A stretch of DNA of 64,000 bases, from positions 186,001 through 250,000 of the forward strand of contig ML978124.1 of assembly GCA_010015805.1 (NCBI GenBank), given 5' to 3'. The position numbers and the translations under genes are program-made. Below the pieces are notes generated by a model. It was not told the DNA's origin. It worked only from the letters and a program-made list of their open reading frames with translations, and did not search any database. Positions 13,194 through 24,658 of the stretch are shown piece by piece (position 1 is the first letter of the stretch; each line of letters opens with the position of its first letter). This DNA comes from Rhizodiscina lignyota. Taxonomy: Eukaryota.

Positions 13194-13572
13194 GTATATC
13201 GTTACTCATCCTTTGGTAAAACGGCACCATATCTCTTTCAACGCGACTATCAATTTCATGCATGTGCACACGCCGCACACACCGAAACGGCGTCATTAAG
13301 AACAGTAATAGTCGGATAGAATTTGGACCTTGCCTTTTGGAATCTCAGGATCCATATTATACAGCCATAAAGCTCTCTTCAATCGCGACTTCGCTTGCAA
13401 ACTTTCAACTGTATCACCCTCCGTGGTTCTATGCACATACACTGCTCCCAATGGCGTATACTCATATCACTTGTGCGAATCCGCCTGATCGATGCGTGCT
13501 GCATGATCTTGAATTAACACTTGAATGAAGCCACTCAATCAAAACTGTCAAGTTCGAGCTGCAGCCTTAATT

Positions 13573-15096
13573 TCACAAATCTACTTTGGATAAATACTTT
13601 GCAACATTCTCTCCCGCTGTTCGCCCGAAAACAACACACTCTAACAACGAACTTCCGCCCAACCTATTTTCACCATGGATCCCACCCGTAATCTCTCCCG
13701 CTGCCCAAAGTCCCTCGATAGGGCCCCCCTCTGCTTTCACTACCTCTGCATTCGTGTTGATCCAAGCACCGCCCATGGTGAAGTGTATTACAGGTGTGAC
13801 GTCGCCAACATAGAAGAAGTCGTCGTCTTTAATGGGTGCTCTACTCGACCAATGCCCGAAAGCCGCGCGGCCATGAGGGTCTGCAGAGGCGCCAGAAACG
13901 ATGTCGCCATAAGCCTGTAACTCTGCTCTCATTGTAGCATCCATTTCTGCCGCACGAACTTTGCACATAAGGTTCTTGAAGATGTAAAAGTCGACGTGAG
14001 TCTGTGCTGCTTGATAGGCACCCTCATCCAATACAAGCTGCACATCCCACTGCTTTGGATTCTCACTCTTGCTCTCCATGCTCATAATAACCCCCGTGAC
14101 TTCAAGCCTCGTCGCTAACTCGTTGACAAAGCGTTTACCGTCTCTGTTGAGCAACACACCGCCTTCAGCGCGTAACGCCTCAGCAGCAAGAAACTTGTTC
14201 ATGTTGCTCCTGTTTGCAGGATCAATAAAGCCTGTCGGATGGATCTGCACGAATCCCATGTCTACGAGTTTGGCTCCAACATCGGTGAGAAGCTTATGTG
14301 CCCCGGGGCGTGGATCGTTCGTTGAGGGAAAGTTTCCCAAATCAGGCCGGTACTCTTTCAGCATGCCTGCAGAATCGCCCGCAAAGCCTCCCGCGGTGAA
14401 AATAACCGGCCCTTCCAGCGACTCCTCCTCGACTCCAGACCGTCGATATCGTACACCGTTCACTCTTCCCTTCTCGTCACGCAATATCTTCACGACTTCA
14501 CTCTCTCCACGTAACTCAAACAACGAAGTTCCCTGCAGCTCTTTCAACAAAGCACTCACAATTGCATATCCTGGGGGTATTTTCCCTTTCCCCCGATGCG
14601 TCCTTGCCCTCGAATGTCCCCACAACTGCGCAGTACGACTGAGATCCACGCCCATGCCATTTACAAGCCATTCAATCGCCCCCGCTGACTCGCTCGTCAG
14701 TTTTCGAACCAGTGGCTCCCTCCTATCTGCTTCACCGCCTTGAGCGAACACAGAACCAGCAGATTTTATTGTATCAGCCGCAAACAAATCTACGCTATCG
14801 CCAGGTCCGCTCTGGAAGCGTGTTGGGGCGCCATTGATGCCTGAAGATGCTTTGATGGAGTTTCCGCCTGGCTTGGCGGCGCGGTCAAGGAGAATTACGG
14901 GGATATGGTGGGACAGTAGCGTCGATGCTGCTGAGAGGCCCGCAAGGCCAGAGCCGACGACTATGGCTTTCTTATTAGCCATATTTATGGAGATTGGTGA
15001 ATCCGGGTATGGTGTCTTGTCTGCTATGAAGGTCTTCCAGAGAAGGGCGATAGAGACGAAGAAGATAGGTGAGAGAATGATTGCGCGTCGATACAT
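13573..15096 (-). CDS. FAD-dependent fumarate reductase, Osm1/Frd1-like
   Basis: VVGSGLAGL, GGNSIKASSGIN, GHSRARTH, VQIHPTGF, EALRAEGG, HFTMGG, GGIHGENRLGGSSLLECVVFG. Hydrophobic N-terminal anchor. Intronless. Confidence 0.93.
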   Translation of the reverse strand: MYRRAIILSPIFFVSIALLWKTFIADKTPYPDSPISINMANKKAIVVGSGLAGLSAASTLLSHHIPVILLDRAAKPGGNSIKASSGINGAPTRFQSGPGDSVDLFAADTIKSAGSVFAQGGEADRREPLVRKLTSESAGAIEWLVNGMGVDLSRTAQLWGHSRARTHRGKGKIPPGYAIVSALLKELQGTSLFELRGESEVVKILRDEKGRVNGVRYRRSGVEEESLEGPVIFTAGGFAGDSAGMLKEYRPDLGNFPSTNDPRPGAHKLLTDVGAKLVDMGFVQIHPTGFIDPANRSNMNKFLAAEALRAEGGVLLNRDGKRFVNELATRLEVTGVIMSMESKSENPKQWDVQLVLDEGAYQAAQTHVDFYIFKNLMCKVRAAEMDATMRAELQAYGDIVSGASADPHGRAAFGHWSSRAPIKDDDFFYVGDVTPVIHFTMGGAWINTNAEVVKAEGGPIEGLWAAGEITGGIHGENRLGGSSLLECVVFGRTAGENVAKYLSKVDL

Positions 15097-15796
15097 ATGT
15101 CCTACGGGGCTTGTCAAGCGGCCACACCGGCCTTTTAAAGACTTGTGACGTGTGCTGAGGTGAACATTGGAGAGGTTGCGTGACCATCATCTGACATTGG
15201 CATCAGTGACTATGAAAGCAAGCCTTACATCTACCTTAGTTTGGAAACCGGGAGTAAGCACAGTATGCACCGATCTCAGTGAGAAGATACAAGATATACT
15301 ATGGAACTGTGTCGTCCTCTTCATTGTAGTTCGATGGGGATACTCCGTACATCGCTCAATCTCAGTTCCGCATTTCACTCCTGTCAATTCACGCTAAACC
15401 TAGTTTAGCACTTGTGGGTCCGCTGAGACCCATTTGGTCCAAACGGGCCAATCAGAGCCCGCATACGGACACCCTAATTTCTACCCAGACATATAGCGTA
15501 TAGTTATAATATATGAGATCGCACGGTAGGAATTGACATGAAATGAATCGACGCTTGATTGTACCCCGTATGACTACCCAAACTCAGTGAGTGTGCAAGA
15601 GTTTTGCACCAGGGGCGGTCCAAACTGCCAAGGCGCTAATCCTGATTGGAATGAGGTACGTATGATATAGAGTAATTAGCACGTGATCTTCCGAGGCTCC
15701 CGTCTGACCTTCATTGTTGATGTTCGACAGCAAATTTACAACTTTACAACGAATCTAGTTTACCGTCTAATTTGCGGTATTCGAAATAACTTCAGG

Positions 15797-16757
15797 ATGC
15801 TCATCGAACTCCCATACAGTCTTCATAGTCGCTACGCGTCGATTGCAATCGCGTGGACCGTCATCATTATTCCTCCAACTTTCCTAAACGTGGGCTTGTT
15901 CTACGGCCTTTGGTATGGCAGGCCAGACATGGATCGAATTCTTGGTACGCTCTTCCTTAAGGAAAAGCCTTATTGAGCACGCGCTTACTCACAGGGATAC
16001 AGTCTTGACGATACCGACCGCAGTACTTGGAATCTTTACTGCCATCGCAATAATAGAGCGGGTGTGGAAGCTGACCCGGTTCTCCCCTGGATACCGTCCG
16101 CTTAAGTCGCCACGATATGCTCTCGACATTTTCCAATGGGGATACTTCGCTGCTTTGATCTTGATTTCCGCTTTGATCGCTTCCGCGCTCTCCAGGGGGG
16201 ATAGCGATCACGATGAGCATGAATTGCAGATTCGTCTGGTCTCCATGTCAGCATCTGTGCTCATGTACTTCCTGGCTACTCTCACTTTGCTGTCATTGAT
16301 TCTCAACTTTCTTGAGGTCAAGCTGCCATTTCGATTTGGCAGCCTGGAGGCTGGAAATGTACTGCGGCCAGCCGTGTACTACGTCGTCGAAGATATTGTA
16401 GCGGTGGACGGAAATGGTGGGACTGAGTATCGAGAAGCATTCGTAGCGCGATACAACAGTAGCCCAATATTTCGGAGCATGATTTGGAGGGTTAGTGTGA
16501 TGTGGATGGTGGCATTCTACGTCTTTGCTGGTCTTTTCACAGTTCTTGTGTTTAAGTTGGCGGCAGCAGCTGTCTATGCTATTGGATGGGCGGGTCCTTT
16601 CCCGTTGGCAGGGCTCATGGCTATATGGACGATATTTTATGTCAAGTCTCAATTGAAAAAGGAGAGAGACGCAGAGGAGGAGGCCTTGATAGACTCTGGT
16701 CCTGCTCGGAGAGCACCCGAAGACGAGAGGACACCTTTGCTTAATAGTACTGCCTAG
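15797..16757 (+). CDS. Conserved fungal multi-pass membrane protein of unknown function
   Basis: Two ORF segments joined by an intron at about 15945-16002. About 7 hydrophobic segments; YYVVEDIVAVDGNGG; C-terminal ERTPLL dileucine-like motif. Start uncertain. Confidence 0.75.
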
Positions 16758-17248
16758 ATCTTATAATATTGTATCCAGGGAAAGCCTCAATACATACCCT
16801 TATATCGATATTTTGATACACTGGATGCGCGCCGTTTGGAGGGCGGCACTCTGGTGTTGAAAATGAAATCGGCGAGAATATACCGTACGCAGCGGGAACG
16901 AATAGTAAGTAGAAGAGAGCACATCACGTTAGAATTGCAAGTAAGGACCATCGTAAACCAATGGCTTGACAATTTCCATCTACGAAATACGCTAGCGATA
17001 TCTGCGCCTTGGTATATGAGTTGAACATAATGTTTTGAGTTGAATTTGCGCATCCTCTGTATTAGCAGGATGACAGAGTATTGGATAGAAATTACAGGTT
17101 AGACCAGAAAGCAAGCGCCTTTCCAAAACGGAGCTCCCATCAAGGCCATTCCAGAATCAAGATATTACAGGCGCCACTTCAGCATGTCTGCGCGCCCGAT
17201 ACAGTTGAGTCACAAACGCCGGCCGTTAGAGACTCTGCAGACGAAAAG

Positions 17249-18809
17249 TCAATATCTGCTTTCGCCATCCCAGGGAGGATCTGGATCCTGAAGGTGCAAC
17301 TGCTGTTCCGTCAGATGCAGTTCACGTATAATCGTCGGCATATCGTGTCCCCGGAAAAAATCCTGATGATAGTCCGCTAATGTCATCTCGACTGAAGATC
17401 GAATAGAGGAGTCTGTGCTTCCCATCCAAGCCATACAGACAAAAAACGGAATGGAACAAGCCCCAAGAGGTCTATATTTCTCTGCGGGTTCCACAAGAGT
17501 TAGGATCTCTTTGGAAAAGAACAATAACTCTGTACTGAGGCTCATGTTGGTTATGTCGATAACGCTTAGAACGATGTTTAAAATGATAGAGATGGCGAGG
17601 ATCAAGCCGTATTGTCGTTCAAATTGAGCATGGTTCCGTCTGACTGGAGCAAATGGTGAGATTTTATCTCCGGCACCGCTCTGGATGAATTCGAGTCGCT
17701 CCGCTTGAAAGTCTTTGAGTGCTGTTTTCAGTGTTTGATAGTTTTCAGTCATCTCGTCTAAAAGTTCTGGATCCTCGATTTGTCCGCTGAGTACGGCTTT
17801 TCCGCGGTGCATGTAACTGGGGACCCGGCAGAGACAACGCAAGGCTATACTTGCAGTCTTCTCTTGTTGCCAGTAATCTTCGACGAGAACTTTCCATTCT
17901 TCGAAAGTGAAATCGATCTTGCTGTTAACAAGTCCCTCCAAAAGCTTAGGTATGAATTAGCAAAGCCACGGTTAAACAGCGATTCACATGAGAGCACATA
18001 CCACAGTGGCTCTCAGAGACAGGAACAACTTCTTTTCAAAGTCGTCCCGCATAGCAAAATTCCTTCGAGCCTTCAGGATCTGAGCGGCACCTTCACTATG
18101 GCCTGTGAAGCGCCCTCCGGTGAAGCCAATAAAGCTCTAGTAACATGTTCAGTGTGTTAACTCAAAACCCAGACCATGCCACTCACTTGACTTATTAAAA
18201 GAAGATACACAGAGCAAATTGTTTCCGGAGCACCCGCCTTTGCGGGATCATCCAAATATTCCCTGAGTTTGCTGAGCGCGAGGGAATACTTGTCCAAAGC
18301 ACCTGCGGTGACATCCCCACGGGAGCATAAGACCGAGTGTGCCTCGACCAAGGCTGCGGCTGAAGTATCCAGTGCTTGATTAGTGCCCAGACGTCGCGGA
18401 ATTTCTTCCAAATAGTCGCCAAATGACCATGCCAGGTTGTACCTCAAATCGGTCGATGCTTTGATCATGTCGCCGAATGCAATAGACAGTGAGTCCACTT
18501 CATTGCTGGGGGATCGTCGGACTCGCTCAACCTTGTTATCGCTGTGGCTACGGCTTGTGGCTGCGCTAGAACTTCCTTCGCTGGGTGAGTGGGAACCAAA
18601 TGGCCGTTGTTCTTTGAATTGGTATCTTCGCTCTCCAGATCCAATACATGGGATCTGAAGACGGGTGCACCGTGAACATGAAGGTTTGCCCTGGTCGCAC
18701 TATGTCTCTTATAAGTCCACAGTTCAATGCGGCAATATAAACATTAACATACCTTTTTCTTCTGTTTGCGGCATGCCTCGCAGCCACGTCCAGATGGCAC
18801 TCCTGGCAT
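17249..18809 (-). CDS. Zn(II)2Cys6 transcription factor
   Basis: Spliced reading MPGVPSGRGCEACRKQKKK|CDQGKPSCSRCTRLQIPCIG gives all 6 Cys across an intron at about 18752-18700. Downstream exons match ORFs 18157-18498 and 17249-17941. Confidence 0.9.
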
Positions 18810-20161
18810 GATGATTCAATAGTTCGACTCTAAGCTGTAACAAAAGTCCAACGGTCTGAAAATGTAATTGCACGAACTTTGCTAGAATCTGTGCATTCCA
18901 AGGAGAGGCTGCAAATTGGTCCGGACTTGGATCTAACTTAAATGTCTACGCACTGAATCGGCATTTACGTCATTGGGTAGAGTTATTTTCATCGCTGTTG
19001 TACAAGACTGCGGAACTATGGCGAAGAGATACTGTTTGCCAGGAGGTGGAAAAGACGTCTCAGGGAAGACATTTCAGCCTCGAGCACAGCCGCAGTTCGG
19101 AATTCGAGCCGTTCCATGGCTGTGTACGCCAGGGACAACTGTATCTCGGAGACATCTGTCAATCAGGGTTCAAGGGGGCACACTATGACTGGTAGGGTTC
19201 TGTATAACAGACAGACGATCGCCAATGCAACTAAAAGATCAACTCATGTGAACAGCAGACTCGGAAGAAGTGTGAGGTCAAATACTGGAAGTCGAGGGCC
19301 GCGAGAGTCGTATATATCTGCAGAAACTATTAATTTTGTCGCGAGCATCTTGTGTGACATGATATTACTTACTCCTGCTTCAAACAGTTCTTTGCGCCGC
19401 TGTGTGGCATATTTGCGGTGCTTCAATTACTCGCAAGAGCGAAATGCACGAAACGGGTGTGAGCCGCTCCACGTTGAGCCATCATGGTAAGGCGTTCATG
19501 ATGGATCAAATGGATCAAATGATCGACAGGAGCAGCACTCTCATATTCCACATTTGAATGACTCTTCGTATTCGAGTTTGAGGTCTCGAAAGATTTTCCA
19601 TGCAGGTCGACGTCAAACGGCGCAGCCACAACTAACCCTTTTTGGTCTCACCCAGCGCTCCGGGGTTCACCCGTAGTTTGTCCGTATTTAACCGCGCGTT
19701 TTCACGCGTCGGCCAGTGCTGAAACTCCCAGAATAACTCCTAAAAGCGTGCTAATCACTCTGCGACTCTATCCGAACAGCTCTGATACGCCTTCGCCACC
19801 TGTCCCGGCTTGCTTCTTGGCCCGGGGGAGCATATCAAAGTTAAGTTGGAGCCTTCAGCTACCTAACCCCTTTCGGTCTCACGCTGCGCTGCACTGCTTC
19901 TGAGCCTTATGGGCTGTGAAGTCATGCCAAGTCTCGCGATACTAATTGCTAGCTTGGAGGATCTAATGTTCCATGTTGGAAACTTGATGAAATTGAAATA
20001 CCACGTCGAGCCACAGTGCTCTGGCTATAAGTAAACGAAGCTTCATGTTTGTTGCGAGGAATCTAATTCCTCTTGATAAGCAACATCGATAATAACTCTA
20101 AACATTTCTGCATTTCTGTATCTTGTCGTTTTTCTTCTCTAATTTTCTCCGGTGTTAAGCA

Positions 20162-21265
20162 ATGTCTTCAGACACCACCATCACAAACTACTACGCTTAC
20201 AATCCAAGCCATGTCCTTCCGATCGTCTTTGCCGTGCTAATTGGCATCTCCTTAATTGTGCACACTTGGCAGAACTTGTTAGTTGTCCACTATCTACGTC
20301 GGAGATGTTAAATTACTGACATTAACTTCAGTCGCTATCGTTTCTGGAGAGTGACGTTTTGGATGACATGGGGAGGGACTGTGTTTACCGCAGGCTGGAT
20401 TTCACGTGTCTTTTCAAGCTACGATACGGGGAGCAAAGGCCTCTACATTGCTCAGACTGTCCTTGTCCTTGCCGGGCCGCCGATCTATGCGGCTTCTGAA
20501 TACAACATCCTCGGCCGGCTCATGCTCTATCTACCGATGCATGCTCCAATGAACCCGAACCGCCTCGTCTACTTCTTCATCTACCTCGGAGCTCTGGTTG
20601 AGAGTCTAACGGCCGCAGGCGCATCCAAGATGAGTTCTGCTGGAGATGATAGGTCACAGTTACGGAGCGGCGGCACTCTACTGGCTATCAGTCTCATCCT
20701 CCAGGGTGTCGTTGAATGCATCTTCTTCAGCATGGTCGTATGGGTTCATCATCGCGCCGCGAAGGCCAAGATGGTCACGCCCAAAGTTCACACTCTCTGC
20801 ATCATGCTCTACGGGACCTCGGCGCTCATCTTACTACGGTGCATCTTCCGCGCCATCGAAAAGTTCAGCACCCTCAATATCCTCAGCGCGGAACCTTGCA
20901 GCGGAATCTGCGACGCAGTCCAAAGACACGAGTGGTATCTCTACGCCTTTGAAGCCGCGCCAATGGTTCTCTACACATACTGGCTCAACATCATCCACCC
21001 TGGAAGGATTTTGCCCGAAAAGACCAAAACCTTCCTCGATTTTGACAGAGTCGAGCGTGTCGGTCCGGGATGGAAGGACAGGAGATCTGTATGGATGACT
21101 TTCATTGATCCGTTCGATCTTGGAGGCAAGGCCAGCGGCCAGATCGGTCATGAGCAATTCTGGCTGCAGCCAGATGACTGGCCAGCAGCCAACGACATAA
21201 AACCCGAGGCCGTGACAGGGAGCAATCTGAATAAAATCGTCCAACAGCCCCCCCAGAGCGTGTAG
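20162..21265 (+). CDS. RTA1-domain 7-TM protein
   Basis: YYAYNPS N-terminus; intron at about 20278-20331; AGPPIYAASEYNILGRL; LLRCIFRAIE; HEWYLYAFEAAPM; HPGRILP. Confidence 0.88.
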
Positions 21266-21621
21266 ACTATTAAGGAGTGAAAGTTATGTCTTCTTGTCAG
21301 CGTCGGTGCCTGGATTCGGTTACTGTACTCCTAGCCAGAAAATAGTCCCCGAGACTACAGTGTTGAACGAGTCAGTCAAGCCACACGGCTAGGAGTCGCC
21401 GTAGGCTTCGGAGTCTTAATTTCCGATGCCTTTCTCCTTGTTTTAGTGTATATAATCGGTTAGGGAGCCCTCTTCCCCCTCGTCCCTCTCTATCCTTTAA
21501 TTCACAAGCTTTCTAAGCCTTTTCGAGAACGCTCGCTATATTCATCAATATTTCGTGAGATTCGTTCGACACACAGGACTGGGTAATAGTTGCTTATTGT
21601 TCTTCGCAGCACTGTTGGTTT

Positions 21622-21659
21622 TGTCTCCGAGAGTTTTATGTCTCCGAGAGTTTTATGTC
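21622..21659. repeat. 17-bp perfect direct tandem duplication
   Basis: tgtctccgagagtttta twice, followed by tgtc. Confidence 0.9.
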
Positions 21660-21792
21660 GCGCGACAAATGCATCTAATAAATTTGCATGACGCAACTTT
21701 TTACAAATGACCACGACCTTGGAATTTCAAACCCCTTGGGGCCAGTTGCATTGTGACTATGACAACCGATTGCCCCGACTCCGACACTCTTA

Positions 21793-21950
21793 GAATCGAT
21801 CCAATGAATCATAACAATATTGCGCATCAGGAATTGATCCAGCGAATCACATAACAAAATCGCGCACAAGGAATCGACCCAGCGAATCACATAACAACAC
21901 TGTGCATAAGGAGTCGATCTGGCGAATCGCATAACAATATTGCGTGTAAG
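21793..21950. repeat. Degenerate 40-bp tandem repeat, 4 copies
   Basis: Units start at 21793 (38 bp), 21831, 21871 and 21911. Approximate consensus GAATCGATCCAGCGAATCACATAACAATATTGCGCATAAG. Confidence 0.9.
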
Positions 21951-22266
21951 CAACATGGGCGTGCAGGTAGAAAGGAATAAGATACTCCATCTTTTGTCTT
22001 GTGTTTCGACAGCATGTTCGTTAAGAATTCTATACCACCTGAAAATAAGTTCTTGATGACACGGTTTGTATCATTATAAGTAGCCTCGAATTCCTCACTT
22101 TCTTATTCTAGCTCGGAGTGGCATTTGTTCTGCCCTTTCCTTTCTTGGTTTTCCCCCCTTCTGTGTTCCATTCTCCCTTTTCTCTGACTGATACAAGATT
22201 AGCTGAAGCAATAAGGGACCTCAGATTTCTTTCAGCATTAAGCAGCCGACCACAATCAGTCCAATC

Positions 22267-24219
22267 ATGATTGGAAACGTGAATGGGAATGGACCAGCTA
22301 CCATTGCTGATAAGAAGGTAACTGTAGAGCGCCTGAAAGAGAAGTACGAAGAAGAGCGCAAGAAGCGAATCCGCCCCGAAGGCGAATCACAATTCATCGA
22401 CCTCCGCACGTCAGGCCAATTCCATCACTACATCGACGATCCATGGGTGCAATCAAATGCTAACGGGGATTCTATCCAAGACCCACCCCTGGACGAGGGC
22501 TCTCGATGCAAATACCTTATTATCGGAACGGGTTTCGCAGGCCTATTGATGGCAGCTCGCCTTCTCCAAAGCGGCATTGACGGCGCAGATATTCGCATGG
22601 TAGACAAAGCGGCTGGATACGGTGGTACATGGTATTGGAACAGATTCCCAGGACTGGCATGCGATATCGAAAGTTATATCTACATGCCGCTGCTTGAAGA
22701 ATTGGGGTGGATGCCGAAGCACAAGTACGCATATGGTGCAGAGATCCGTGCAGGCTGTGAGGCGATAGCCACAAAGTTCAACTTGCGAGACAAGACGTTT
22801 TTCCGCCGTCTAGTGAAAAGCTTGACGTGGGATGAAGACTTGAAGGAGTGGGTTGCGGTGTCGGACCCTGAGGGTGAGGCAGACGGCCGCAAGGCCCTCG
22901 AAATACGAGCGCAATACGTGTTGATGGCTATTGGACTTGCTGATCGACCGAAGCTCACCAACCTGCCGGGTGTTGACTCTTTCAAAGGCCACAGTATGCA
23001 CTCCGCACGATGGGATTATGCATATACTGGAGGCTCACAAGAAGATCCGTCAATGGTGAATTTGAAAGACAAGACAGTGGGTGTCATCGGAACAGGTTGC
23101 TCCGCTATCCAAATTGTGCCGGAGTTAGCGAAATGGGCGAAACAGGTGTATGTGTTTCAACGTACGCCTAGCGCTGTCAGCCAGCGTCTGAACCGGCGGA
23201 CGGATCCCAACCAATTCAAATGCTCGGTAGCAAACAAGAAAGGCTGGCAGGTAGAACGCATGGAGAACTTCAACGCGTTTGTACATAAGACGGATCCGCT
23301 TCCGGAAGTCGACCTTGTGGCGGATGAGTGCACAGCTTGGGAGACCCACTATGCCGCCGGCGGATCGCATCAAGGAGTATCGATGGAAGAGGCTCCTGCT
23401 CATCTGGAAAAGTTGTTTCTGCAAGATTTGCCGCGTGCAGAAGGAATTCGAAACGACATTGACAGGATTGTCAAGGACAAGAACACCGCCGAAAAGCTCA
23501 AGTTCTGGTACCCTAGTTGGTGTAAGAGACCGGCTTTCAACGGGGATTGGTATCAAGCATTCAACTCTCCAAACGTAACTCTCGTCGATACCGATGGAAA
23601 GGGTGTCGATCGTATTCAGGAGAATGGTGTCGTCGCGAACAGCAAGGAATATCCGGTGGATCTGCTCATCTTCAGTACAGGATATAAGGTAGGTCTCGGG
23701 AGTAACAGCCCTGGCGCTAGATCGAACATCAGGATTACTGGCCGAGGCGGGAAGGATATGGACAAAATGTTCGCTACCGCGGCTTGCACACTACACGGCC
23801 TCTACGCCCCTGGTTTTCCGAACCTCTTCTGGACAGGGCCTGCACAGGCAGGCTTCAGTACCAACCAGACCTATTCTCTTGTTCAGATGTCGCAACACTT
23901 TGCTTGGATTTTATCAACTGTAGAGTCCAAGTCACCGAAAGGAAGGGTGATACTTGAGCCGACACTTGATGCAGGTGAGGAGTGGACTCAAAGATTGCTT
24001 GGAACTGCCGCTGGGATGATGCATACCGTCGGATGTACTCCGAATTATTACAACCAAGAGGGAGACCTCCAGCGAAAGGCCGCGAAAGGACCGAAAGAGC
24101 GGATGCAGCTGATGAGAGCGGGGATTTGGGGAACTGGTATAATCAATTATGTGAATATCTTGAGGAAGTGGCGAGAGGACGGAGGAATGGAAGGCATGAG
24201 TATTGAAACCACAACGTGA
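22267..24219 (+). CDS. Type I Baeyer-Villiger monooxygenase
   Basis: GTGFAG; GGTWYWNRFPGLACD; fingerprint FKGHSMHSARW (FxGxxxHxxxW); second Rossmann motif GTGCSA; FQRTP; CTPNYYNQEG. Intronless, 650 aa. Confidence 0.95.
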   Translation: MIGNVNGNGPATIADKKVTVERLKEKYEEERKKRIRPEGESQFIDLRTSGQFHHYIDDPWVQSNANGDSIQDPPLDEGSRCKYLIIGTGFAGLLMAARLLQSGIDGADIRMVDKAAGYGGTWYWNRFPGLACDIESYIYMPLLEELGWMPKHKYAYGAEIRAGCEAIATKFNLRDKTFFRRLVKSLTWDEDLKEWVAVSDPEGEADGRKALEIRAQYVLMAIGLADRPKLTNLPGVDSFKGHSMHSARWDYAYTGGSQEDPSMVNLKDKTVGVIGTGCSAIQIVPELAKWAKQVYVFQRTPSAVSQRLNRRTDPNQFKCSVANKKGWQVERMENFNAFVHKTDPLPEVDLVADECTAWETHYAAGGSHQGVSMEEAPAHLEKLFLQDLPRAEGIRNDIDRIVKDKNTAEKLKFWYPSWCKRPAFNGDWYQAFNSPNVTLVDTDGKGVDRIQENGVVANSKEYPVDLLIFSTGYKVGLGSNSPGARSNIRITGRGGKDMDKMFATAACTLHGLYAPGFPNLFWTGPAQAGFSTNQTYSLVQMSQHFAWILSTVESKSPKGRVILEPTLDAGEEWTQRLLGTAAGMMHTVGCTPNYYNQEGDLQRKAAKGPKERMQLMRAGIWGTGIINYVNILRKWREDGGMEGMSIETTT

Positions 24220-24658
24220 GGTATAGGAATTACTAGCCGCTTCTTTTGCAGTAGTTATCCGCCCTGCTCGGCCATCCACCTTACAGCATTCGAAAACCAA
24301 TTTCCGCTCTCAGTGTGAAAGTTCAGTCTGTTCAGAGAGCTGACGACCCGTGCCGCCGTGCCAAGGGTGCGTACGTGCACGGCCTGAAATTGGTTGGCTA
24401 TACGGATAACAGGTGGGGCTCTTAGTGCTTTACAGTAAGTGGTTACGGCTCTCAGTCACAGCAGTTCTAGGGAAGCCCTAGCGTATTGAAGCCAATCACG
24501 TAACTGGACGTGACCCCACGGGCCGCCCCGATCTCCGTCTCAAGTCTATGTTTTGGCCCCCATCTTGGGTATAGCAGTCAATTTATATATGTGGTTCACT
24601 ATGCCGCTCTCAAAAGCTCTCATGCGCTTTTCATACACCAAGGCGGCGAAGGTCTGGT

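Noticed and set aside
14069..14743. 224-aa plus-strand ORF
   Set aside because: Antisense to the fumarate reductase, with no motifs.
19501..19524. atggatcaa 9-bp tandem, and a pyrimidine-rich 8-bp repeat near 6278-6305
   Set aside because: Ordinary short slippage repeats.
21793..21950. 40-bp repeats as a CRISPR array
   Set aside because: Units are contiguous with no unique spacers, there are no cas genes, and the context is eukaryotic.
2485..24219. Secondary-metabolite biosynthetic cluster
   Set aside because: No PKS, NRPS, terpene synthase or prenyltransferase in the window; only tailoring-type enzymes.
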